Source: Pavona decussata | Lineage: Eukaryota | Reading direction: 5' to 3' | Length of the DNA: 64,000 bases | NCBI GenBank assembly: GCA_977016875.1 | Contig: CDRNST010000090.1 | Coordinates: 558,001-622,000, forward strand | Shown: positions 27,301 to 37,152 of the stretch, in pieces | Numbering within the stretch: position 1 is the first letter of the stretch | How the letters are laid out: every line of letters begins with the position of its first letter | Translations under genes and position numbers: made by a program | Notes under the pieces: model-generated | Seen by the model: the letters and a program-made list of their open reading frames with translations, nothing else | The model's database searches: none | What the model was told of the DNA's origin: nothing

Positions 27301-30300
27301 CTCGGTTGCTGGTTCATTGGGAACAATTGAGTCACTAACAGTCTGGCATGATAATCACGGCTTATCGCCCGCGTGGTTTCTAAAGCGGGTCTTAGTGCGG
27401 GATTTGCAGTCAGACGCCGTCACCGTCTTTATTTGCGAGCGGTGGTTAGCGCTTGATGAGGATGATGGTGCAATCACGCGTAATTTGACTCCAGCAGATG
27501 AAAAAGACCTCACGTCGTTTTCCAGACTTTTCAACAGTAAGTTGTATAAAGATTTCACTGACGCTCACTTGTGGTTCTCTGTGATTCTGAAGCCTTCACG
27601 GAGTGCATTTACCAGAGCACAGCGTGCGTCTTGTTGTCTGTGCCTTCTGTGTACGGCAATGGTAACTAGTGCGATGTTTTTTGGGCAAACTGCAACTGGG
27701 GACGATTCCGACAGTATTGTACTGGGACCAATTAAACTCAACTTAAGATCCATAATGATTAGCATTCAGTGCAGCCTCGTTATCGTTCCTGTTAATGTTG
27801 CTATAGTGACCATCTTTAAGGGGGTGAAACCAAAGGGGGCTAAAAAAGCTAAAAAGGATATTCAAGAGCAAAGCCTCAGCGAATCAATTATCACCGAAGA
27901 TGAAGAACTTTTTGACAGCGGCGAAACAAATTCTATACTTGACGACGAAGTTTTCAAAGACAAGGAAGTCCATCTCGACAGCGTGGTGTCTGAAGTAAAG
28001 AATTCAGGCAGTTTAAATGATAATATTGGCATGGATAAAAAATCGAGCGGCAAATGTTGGATCTTCCGAAACAGAAAGCAAAAGTACATTGTACAGTCAG
28101 ATCATATCGACTCCAAGAGGTAAGTTTGAGCAGGATGCATAAAAGTTTTTTGTTATTTTTCTCATATTAGTGTACCAACCAGCCACGCCAACTTTTAGGA
28201 AGATGATAGCATATTTTTTTAACCAGAATCTACCGATGGTAAAACAAGGTGATAATTTGTTCCAACAACTCAAGATGTTTTCATCGTTTTGCAAGTATAA
28301 GCCTAAAGGACGCGCTTTTGGCGAATGGGGAAATGAACAACACAAGCACAACCATAGAAAGCACTCCATCGTTTCGTTGGAGTGTGCTTATACTTGCGTG
28401 CTTATCTCAACACTGTAAACAGCAAGACCTTCACTTTTATTCGGTTATTTATAACGTGTGCTAGCTGTCGTGCTAGCTATAGTTCTGTTCGAGTTCTATC
28501 CATGGGCTATTCCGAGTCCATGAACGAAACAATGTATGGCTGAATTTTCAACACTAACTAGAAACACCCAGACTGAATTCAACCTTACTCCCGCTAAAGT
28601 TTTATTTAGTGTGATAGATAATTCAAGGTTCTGTACGCTGCTCAATTTAGCCCTTTTAGTAGCCAAGTTTTACATACATCGTTGCAGTCTAGATGAAACA
28701 CCCCTTTTCTTCCCCGTGTTTGAAACAGAATTACGTGAAAAAGCTGGCATCGAATATGATATTGCCATGGGAAACGGTTATCTAAAGCACTTCAAGATTA
28801 AATGGGAACCACTGATTCGCAACAAATTCATCGAAGATGTGATTATTTGAGAGACCCCTTGAATCGCTTTCCACTACATGTACTCTTTTGCTGTTGTTCT
28901 ATCGTTGTCGTTGTTTTCTTTCGTTCTTTTCTTTTCGTTCAGCTTACTTGTTCAACTACTAACAATAATAAACACTAATTGCGATAATTACAGTATGACT
29001 GTACTTACAATATATGCTTACTTTTGTAACAAATACACTGTTTACAATAGAGTGTGTGCACGACGGCCACGGCCATGTTGGAGGACCAAAACAATACAAT
29101 GATTTTCCTTTGGGAAATATATTCTATTTTCATGCAAACATCTATTGTTTTAGTCCTCCAACATGGCCGCCGTGCACACACTCTATACTAACAGAATCTT
29201 CACTACTTACTTTTTTATATACAATTTATTACTGACATTACTTACATTTACTTACATTACAGTACAAAAGCCACTTAAATTGCACTACTAAAAAGTACCT
29301 AGATAACAACCCATCCACACCACTTTTTATTTTCATTTTTAATTAATTACAATGTTGCGGTAGTTTAGTATTGTATTATTAGTGTTACGTAAAGCTAATA
29401 AAAATCCTTTCTTAAAAAAAAAATAGGAAGAGTGAAATTCAATGACATTTATGTAAGCAGAGGGTGTTTTGCCTCTTTGCAGTTTGGCGGACAGCGAGGG
29501 TACGCCAGACGTCGCTACTGAAAGAAATGAGAAAACCAAATGGTGGCTTTGCAGAAAACGGGAGAATGAATGTGAAAGTAAACAGGATGACAAAGACCAA
29601 AGCAAGAAGAAAAAGAAAGGCGAAGGATTTTTACCATACTGGTTCCTGTATATAGCCTGGACCTTGTGCATCTTGGCATCATTTGCCTCGGCTCTATACA
29701 CGTTATTTTATAGCATGATGTGGGGAAAGGAGAAATCGAACCAGTGGTTTATTTCCATGATATTTACGTTCAGTCAGGACACTCTTATTAACCAGCCGAT
29801 TAAAGTGCTGTTTCTATCAGTCGCGTACGCGGTTTTCATTAGGAAAAGCGACGAGGAGAGTGAAGCCGTTCAGGGTACTGAGGATCCTAAGAAAGGTGAG
29901 TGATGCGATTTGATGAGACTGGTTAGTTACGTTCGTGAGGTCATTACATTGAAAAACTCGAAAACGTTGTTCCAGTTAGTCCAATGTTAGTGAAAAGTAG
30001 GGGATCACCTTTCATTACAAAAAGTATTATTATAGAGTGTGAGTGCGAAACAAACCTATTGCTAATTCAACACCTTATTTGCCTCTTGACTAAGATGTGC
30101 AACAACACTGCCAGAAGCAGTGAAAAAGTCTAAACTTTTTGGAGACGGAAATTGTCGTTTTGATTTAGATTAAACCCATAATACAACTAGGTATTTTTCG
30201 AGTTAAAGTTTACTTTTTAAAAAAGTGATGGATCAGAGAATTAACTCTGCAGTGAAGTGCTAAGGTTACTACTGAGTGTTAGCCCTAGTAAAGAGATGGG

Positions 30301-33300
30301 AGATCCCAAGAGGCCAAAAAAAAAAAAAAAAAAAAATCCTGGACCTCGGCAGGAATCGGACCCACGACGGCCGGCTTTAATCTCCAGCCATTTCCTTTCT
30401 AGGCCAACCTTTCGCTTCCTTATAAGGGCTAACGCACAAAAGGAAATTTATGGGTTCACTTTAGCACTTCAACATACACCGCAGAGTTTATTGTCTGGTC
30501 CATCAATTGTGTAATTACTACCAGCGGCACAAAATTCATTTTCTTTTAGTGTTTTTTTTTTTTGGTAACTTGCCAATGGTTAAACACTTTTGAGGGGAGA
30601 GGAATGGGTGGACTCTTACTCTTGCTCTAAGGGCATTTAGTCTAAACGTTGTAACGGTTATATCTTACGAGACCTAGATTCGATACTAGATACATGAATG
30701 ATGCGCTTGTACACAGAGTCTCTATCTTATGAAACACTCATTGCGTCTGTGCGGCACAGAGATAGCGATTTTGTATACATTTGAACGACGTTCTTTAGCA
30801 TAAAAATAATTGTACATTTTTGTTTTTGTATGTCCACTTATTAGTATATTGTACTGTTGTTGTTTTTTTTTTTTATACTCGACTCCACAAGCTTTTAGCT
30901 TAAAAATTTTGTCTGTTTGTCTGTCTGTCTATCTATCCTTAAAATAGTTAATGGCCTGGCACCTCCATACCTTACCTAAATGTTCACTTTTAATAAGACC
31001 CTTAACAATTACGGTCTGAGATTATGACCTTGAGCTGCCTAAAAACAGAACTAATTATTATAATAATAGTTTTGCATTCAGTGGAGTAAAGGCCTGGAAT
31101 GATCATCCACGTTACCTTAAAGAGGAAACATCAGTTGGATAAATTTCAAAGTGAGCTTAAAGAAAAGGTTTAATATCGGCACCAATTAGACAACTCAATG
31201 AAGAAGTTCACTTAGTTGTAACGGTATGTCATTTAAAAAAATTTAATCTTCTGTTATAATACAATTAGTTGTATTTAGAGTTAAATACGTACGGATTTCA
31301 TGGAAACTAAATTTTAACTATTGCGTGTATTAATTTGACAAAACTCCGTGTTGAAATAAAAGATTCCATCCAACCATCTGTCTGTCTGTCTGTCTGTCGG
31401 TCGGACGGTCCGTCCGACTGTCTATCTATATATCTATGACGTATTTTGTCTTCGAAAAACAATTCAACACACAGAAACAAATGAAGTGGCAAAGTAACTA
31501 AACTGTGCAAAGAATCAATAACACGGAACACAATTAAAACTAACAACAACTGCTATTTCTAAACGCAGGTGAAGACGAAGATTGGCTCCACTCCAGCGAC
31601 GGAACGTTGGACAAAGATGACAGAGAAATGGAACTCCTTCGTTACAAGCCGCCAGATGAAAGCCAATTAAGCGTTCTACGTGAAAATCGGATCAGAGAGA
31701 AACAAATGAAGAACAAGTTCATCAAGCTTGGAGATTACCTGTTTGTCGTGCTTATCCTGGTACTGGTCAGTTATGGCAATAGAGACCCAGCATCTTTCTT
31801 GATGAGGAACTCATTAGAGCAGGAATTTTTGCATCCCCTTACTGCCTCCTACCCCCAGGGACTTGTTGATGTAAGTATTGCATTGCTAATCTTTTCTGGT
31901 TCAATATTTGATTACATCTAAGAAATGATGGCCACCGGGGGATGCAAAATTCATGTTGTCTTGGATAGAATACATACGGGAAATTAGTTGATTGCTGACG
32001 AACCTTCCTAGTTGGTTGGTAAGCCCCACACGGGTATTCCAATGCGATTTTTTTTTTCTGAGATAGTCCACTGTTTAACGTTTATGACATGTTGTTAAGC
32101 ACATAATTTAAGACCTCACTCTCTGGGCAACGACACTATTTTTTTAACAGCTTTATTGACCATTACACATGTTACATACAGCAAATTAAACAGCCAGAAA
32201 GAAATGAAATATATGTGCAAAGTGATTTAAAGTGATAAGGTCAAAAGGGCAGGTGCGAACGGGACGCGAGGACCCATGCGNNNNNNNNNNNNNNNNNNNN
32301 NNNNNNNNNNNNNNNNNNNNNNNNNNNNNNNNNNNNNNNNNNNNNNNNNNNNNNNNNNNNNNNNNNNNNNNNNNNNNNNNNNNNNNNNNNNNNNNNNNNN
32401 NNNNNNNNNNNNNNNNNNNNNNNNNGGCTCCAAAAAGACGCACAATGTGCTGTAATCAGCCAGCTAACTACGGTAGTCAGTTCACGATGAGGTAATTCAG
32501 TCTGTAACTGAGAGGCGAATGGATAGAATTTCACTGAGATCACTCTCTCAGGAAAAAAAAAAAACCTTTCAGCAATCGTTATGTACAAAGTTGTAGACAA
32601 CAAACTTCCAGTTTACCCATCAGTCTTTTGGAAAAAAGCAACATTGTTTACGCGCTTCGGGAGAGTGCAAGTAGACTTCTCCTCCCCAGTTATAATACTG
32701 AATTTGCTAAAAGTAGCAGTTTTTTTGTCGGGATAAAGCCGATGTGGAACGTCATCCCGTACCATTTAAGAACTGCTCCCCTATTTTCTACTTTTAATAA
32801 ACAAATAAATAGCCTCGCTGTCATTTAAATACTGTATATAGTCCACTAGTCCATTTTTACTGATGAATAACTTGTATTACTTTCCACACGACTTTACTGT
32901 AAAGCAGAAATCTTTAACTGACGTAAATTCTGTGGTTATCCTATATCAGAGAGAACCTGGCTGGCGTCCAACGACAATGAAACCTGCAGTAGTAGAGACG
33001 CACCTGTTGGGTATAACATCATCAGTTTTCTTGTTCATCCACAGGTCAATAATTTGCCATTATTTCTAAACTGGGCAGACCAATCGTTTATCCCTTACTT
33101 GTACGAGCAGGACTGGTATAACGGAGACAAAGTGATCAATAGGACAGGATTTACTTCTGGGAGACAATCCAGACGACTTGGCAAGTTACGACTGCGACAA
33201 GTGCGAGTCAGCAATGGTGAGTTCTAGACTACAAAGTCCCTTAGTCCTTCAACGTCGTGCAACAGTGGCGGATCCAGGGAAGAGGGTCCGCCCCCCTTCC

Positions 33301-35889
33301 ACCCATTAGACCCGTGGATTTTTTTTTTTTTTTTTTATTAAAGCTACTTGTTTGACACTTAAATTCTTGCATCGACAGGAGCATATCACTATTTAACTGG
33401 TTGATTTTTTCAAAAATCATTCTGCCATTAAAGTAAATTCCAGGTATATTCAAAATGTAATTTTTTTTTGGGGGGGGGGGGGGGGGAAGGGGGTACCCTC
33501 TAGTGGTCTGCTCGCAAAGCAGTATTGGCCTCCCGGCGTTCATAGAAACATATGCTCTTCTCTGCTATGGCAACAGGACTTACCTGCACCGTCCACTCTT
33601 CTTTCTGAGTTAAAGGAATGGCAATACTTTTGGAAACAGCGTACACCAAATTTACCACTACTGGGAAATCTTATCGAGTGTGTAAAATATACTGACGAGG
33701 ACAAATATCCGAACATACGAGTTTTGCTTACAATTGGGTGTGCACTTCCGATTAGTTCTGCCGCGGCTGGGCGTTCATTCCCCGGCTAGCGAAGAATCAA
33801 GTCATATTTCATATTGGGGAATACGAAATTTGCTGCAAAAAAAGTTTTAACAGTGTTTGTCAATAAGACTTTGCCCCCCCCCCCCCCCCCCCCCATCAAA
33901 AATTCCTGGATCCGCCCCTGTGCAAGGATAATGGAAGCGGGAAATTATAGAGGGGGTCCCTTCCCTTACTTTCTTCGGTTTTAGCAGCCCTGTATGCAGG
34001 AAACTAGGCGCAAAAAGAAGGAGGATAGGTTTCATCCTCTTCTTTTTTAAAAGTTAACATGTTTTTTTTTTTTATGTATCTACGCAGGTAGCTGTACTGT
34101 GCCCAAATTAGTAAACGGCTTCATTCATGAATGTAATCCTCCATTCGATGTATCACACGAGGAAACTCGAATGTACCAACCTGGATGGAAGGATGGAAAA
34201 AAAATGGAGGATACCCAGGTGAAAAAGAGAACTGCATCAGGGCACCTTTCCCCCTGGGTATACTTGGACCCTTCGGAATCGAATTCTTCGTTAACATTCT
34301 ACGGCAGAATTGCGTTTTATCCTGGCGGGGGATACGTTGCTGAATTGGGCGACACTGTTGAGGATACAGGGGCGTTCGCAGCGTATCTGAAGGCTAACGG
34401 CTGGATAGACAGGTACACCAGAGCCGTTTTTATTGAAGGAGCGGTTTATAACCCAAATACCAATCTCATTGGAGTATTGGAGACGGCTATCGAGGTGACT
34501 TCAGCGAATGCTTTGCTACCCCGTGCGAACTTCATAGTCTTTCGCTTGTTCGCCGAGCTTAATTCTTCTTATGCATTCTTTTCAGCTTGCGAGTTTTTGT
34601 TTTTTGGAATTGTGCTATACACGTTATACACGATAATCAAAGGCATCTACCAGCGGAGGAAAGCCTATTTCCGAGAGACAATAAGCTGGCTTGACATAGC
34701 TTTCTTCGTCAATGGTATTGCCATTCTTGTGGTGTACATATTGCGGGAAAGCCTTCTGAAGCGTGCAGTAAGAACCCTTAACGAAGATCAAGAATCGTTC
34801 CTAAACTTTTCGGAGTGTGGGTTGTACAGTGAAGGACTCGTGTTCCTATTTGCGTTTGCAGCTTTCATTGCCATATTAAAATTCATCCACTTTCTTACCT
34901 TCACGCGAGTTGTTCAACTTTTGTCTACCACAATTTACAGATCTGTGGTCGAGTTACAATCCTTCGCGGTTATGCTGTTCACTATTTTCATGGGGTACGC
35001 TTCTTTGGCGTTTACCATTTACGGACCATATTTGGAAGACTACAGGTCTTTCTCGGCAACGCTGGCTTCCCTGAGCAGTCTCATGATGGGAGTGTTCGAT
35101 TTCAACGACTTTACTTCGCAGAGTGATTACAAGACCGTGGGATATTTTTTCTTCGCCACTTTTACAAGCAGTATGATTTTCATTTTCACAAATATTGTGA
35201 TAACGATCATCAATGTTGTGCACAAAGCTGTCTGCGAGGACGAAAATCTTAAAGAGAAAGAAGGAAGCTTTTTCAATATCATTATGGAGCGACTGCTGGT
35301 CCTTGTGGGGTTTCGTGGACCTCCAAAGAGAGAGGAACCAGTAGTCGAAGAACCGTCAATATCAGAATTGCAATGGAACTTAAATGTGCAGTACCTGATG
35401 GACAATCAGTTAAAACGGTTGAATGGACTGGTCAATTCCATCTACATACACGATGAAGTGGAAGACATACTCTTGACCAATCAGCTTTCGCAGAAATCAA
35501 GAAAAGAAAGAAAACATGAACAATCTACAATGGAAGACAAAAACCACGAAAACGCTGCTGGCCAGACCACACACTGTGGCCGGGGGCCCAGGGCGGATCC
35601 TAACACGAGCTTAAATCAAGGACCTTTTACCGAGAACATTCACCCACAAATCAACATAGCGTCACCCGGTGAAGAACAAAGGGATTCAATTGAGACTATC
35701 ACTAAGTTGATTGCTAAGAAAACAGATGAACTGAAGCGAATGCAAGAGGAAGGGAGCTGCGATGAGAGGGAGAGATTGCTTCGGGTAAAAGTCATCAAAT
35801 GTCTTCAGGATTTGTTGGAAACAGCAAAGGGTGGCCATCATGATACTGAAGAGTTGTTAGTAAAGCACGAAGAGGAATCATTCGCTTAA
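11701..35889 (+). CDS. PKD1-like: Polycystin-1 family (PKD1/PKD1-like) receptor-channel, 14 coding exons, about 3,876 aa excluding the unresolved start exon
   Basis: Exons 11701-12363, 12826-17289, 18273-18588, 20168-20762, 21460-21807, 22540-22830, 23304-23552, 24289-25041, 25754-25990, 27095-28119, 29483-29895, 31569-31870, 33045-33216, 34088-35889. All are GT-AG with compatible phases, totalling 11,630 nt plus 1 nt from the missing upstream exon. Domain order: LamG-like, PKD repeats, REJ, GAIN/GPS, TM1, PLAT, TM2-5, polycystin channel domain. Confidence 0.93.
12826..17289 (+). CDS. PKD1-like giant exon (4,464 nt): PKD repeats and start of REJ module
   Basis: Recurrent WNFGDG/FDFGDG and A.N.VS/C.NRLS motifs, ending in REJ-type [21 protein letters not shown]. 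Confidence 0.93.
17709..17785. mobile_element. 77-bp PIF/Harbinger-type MITE
   Basis: Perfect 15-bp TIR GGCCCAGTTGTTCAA with 3-bp CAG TSD on both sides. Confidence 0.8.
18273..18588 (+). CDS. PKD1-like exon: REJ module
   Basis: [28 protein letters not shown]; phase 1 in, phase 2 out. Confidence 0.88.
19008..19160. mobile_element. Degenerate MITE of the same GGCCCCAGTTGTTCAAA family
   Basis: Left end GGCCCCAGTTGTTCAAA, internal TATCCAGTGGAT/TTATC..GGATAA palindromes, eroded right end. Confidence 0.55.
20168..20762 (+). CDS. PKD1-like exon: REJ module
   Basis: [47 protein letters not shown]. Confidence 0.9.
21460..21807 (+). CDS. PKD1-like exon: helical post-REJ/GAIN-A region
   Basis: Open reading frame between acceptor TTTTAG at 21459 and donor GTATGA at 21808, phase 0 at both ends. 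Confidence 0.85.
22540..22830 (+). CDS. PKD1-like exon: GAIN-A region
   Basis: [29 protein letters not shown]; phase 0/0. Confidence 0.85.
23304..23552 (+). CDS. PKD1-like exon: GAIN region
   Basis: [29 protein letters not shown]; phase 0/0. Confidence 0.85.
23640..23946. mobile_element. Palindromic tRNA-derived retroelement (SINE-like) with 12-bp TSD
   Basis: Arms of about 109 bp (about 23680-23789 and 23838-23947) are perfectly inverted. The tRNA-like segment 23818-23888 has an A box TAGCTCAGTGG and a B box GGTTCGACTCC. TSD AAGATACTTTTT at 23628-23639 and 23947-23958. Confidence 0.85.
24289..25041 (+). CDS. PKD1-like exon: GAIN-B, first half of GPS motif
   Basis: [39 protein letters not shown]. 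Confidence 0.9.
25754..25990 (+). CDS. PKD1-like exon: GPS cleavage site and TM1
   Basis: [12 protein letters not shown], a canonical HL-T autoproteolysis site, then a hydrophobic helix and WARRADKRD. Confidence 0.92.
27095..28119 (+). CDS. PKD1-like exon: PLAT/LH2 domain, TM2-3, acidic loop
   Basis: [56 protein letters not shown]. Confidence 0.93.
28536..28850 (+). mobile_element. L1/Tx1-type LINE ORF2 C-terminal remnant
   Basis: [40 protein letters not shown] resembles the L1/Tx1 ORF2 C-terminus; intronic. Confidence 0.7.
29049..29184. mobile_element. 136-bp MITE with AT TSD (PHIS/ISL2EU-type non-autonomous element)
   Basis: TIR AGAGTGTGTGCACG plus inner inverted GGCCATGTTGGAGGAC.AAAACAAT; AT on both flanks. 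Confidence 0.8.
29483..29895 (+). CDS. PKD1-like exon: TM4-5
   Basis: [31 protein letters not shown]. Confidence 0.92.
30226..30505. mobile_element. Second, decayed element with inverted ends and a tRNA-like remnant
   Basis: AATTAACTCTGC..GAAGTGCTAAGG..GTTAGCCCT is inverted against AGGGCTAAC..CTTTAGCACTTC..GCAGAGTTTATT; internal GGAATCGGACCCACG resembles a reversed B box. Confidence 0.5.
30941..31170 (+). mobile_element. CR1/L2-type LINE 3' remnant
   Basis: [42 protein letters not shown], with a stop and frameshifts; (GTCT)n microsatellites on both sides. Confidence 0.7.
31569..31870 (+). CDS. PKD1-like exon: S1 helix of channel domain
   Basis: [34 protein letters not shown]. Confidence 0.9.
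32281..32425. other. Assembly gap (145 N) in a PKD1-like intron
   Basis: Run of N. Confidence 1.
32560..32830 (+). mobile_element. CR1/L2-type LINE 3' remnant
   Basis: [57 protein letters not shown]. Confidence 0.65.
33045..33216 (+). CDS. PKD1-like exon: TOP (polycystin) domain; absent from the ORF track
   Basis: [39 protein letters not shown]; phase 0 in and phase 1 out, matching both neighbours. Confidence 0.9.
33263..33920. mobile_element. hAT-like MITE with 5-bp TSD
   Basis: TIRs CAGTGGCGGATCCAGG and CCTGGATCCGCCCCTG; TGCAA at 33258-33262 and 33921-33925. Confidence 0.8.
34088..35889 (+). CDS. PKD1-like terminal exon: TOP domain, S2-S6, cytoplasmic tail
   Basis: [30 protein letters not shown], five TM helices, pore segment [18 protein letters not shown], stop at 35887-35889. 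Confidence 0.93.
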
Positions 35890-36754
35890 AGAGCCCGTGC
35901 ATGAATGCTTTTTATTCTCTCACCTGAATCTACACATCAGCCAAAGAACGTCTGCGAAAAAAAGTGAGGATTTTCAGAAAACGCTACAATTTTTTAAAAA
36001 TTCTGTATTTTTTTCTTTCTACCAGTGTCGCTGACTAGGAAGGCCGACGGACGTTATGTGACGTAGATTCAAACATTAGCGCTAAAGTTTTACAAACGCA
36101 AACGAAGTGAAAAGAAAGTAGCGAGTGTTGGTATCTTGTTGTCGGTCTTCGTGTTATATCTGCAATGTTGTAGGCTGAAGAGAACCTGTCTGTAACAGTA
36201 AGACGTCAGAGCTCCGAGAAGAACCGAGAGAAGTCAAGTGGTAAGCCAAAATGGCCGGCGGCAAATTTAAAGGTTTTCGAAAATCATTTTAAATATTGCG
36301 TTTCATCCAAATGGCAATTTTTTTTTTTCGTAGAACTTCTTTGTGCGACGTGTTGATTCAGGCGAGAAAATCATGCATGAGCACTTTAATTTATGTGATA
36401 GTAAAACAGTTAACACTACCCTGTCTTGAAACTAATTCCGTCAGTTTGTTTTCTTGGAGAACCTAAACCTGTGCCGAATTCGTTCAGTTGAACCTTTTGA
36501 CTAAGATTACCGCTAAAGTTGCAAGTTAAAAAGGTCCTAAGTATTGTTAAGCGAAATATTGACTAAAAAGTACTTCATTACAATACAGCTTGCCGGCCTC
36601 TATTTTAAAGCCTTCGTCCTGGGGTTGTAAATAATACTCTCCTAAATAAAACGAATCCTAAGTATTATCTCTAAACAATAGATTGAATTGAACCAATCTG
36701 ATTTTGCTCTTGACTTGCATAAAATTTAACGAATCTTGTTTCTAAATAATTTAA

Positions 36755-37152
36755 GGATGGTGCCTTCTAATTCAGAAGTATTTCTACACAGTAAATGACT
36801 ATGCGGGAAAAAAGAAGATCTTAGTGTGGGCCACTGGAAACCAGAAAGAAAATTTGGAGTACCAGAAATTTTTTAGAGATAATTAAGCAACAATTGTTCT
36901 AAAAGGCAGTAAAATACAAAGCAGTGTATGGCGTATTGTTTTCCAAATTGAAACTTTATTATCTCTGAAAATTGCATGGTTACCCCTTTACTTTCTTTTT
37001 GAATACCAAGAGCACTTGCTAAGTTCTGCTTTCGTCTCATAGTTTTTAAAACGGGCAAAAATATCCCGGTATTAACAGGCACCGCCCATAGGAAACCCGA
37101 CTATCTCGAGATGCGCAGAACGTATGCGCAGTAACAAAAGTAGGCACCGTCG
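36755..37152. mobile_element. Non-autonomous TTAA-targeting DNA transposon
   Basis: TTAA|GGATGGTGCCT ... AGGCACCGTCG|TTAA. Confidence 0.75.

Noticed and set aside
32186-32603. ORFs spanning the N run
   Set aside because: Gap artefacts. Flanking PKD1-like exons already join in phase, so no exon need be hidden there.
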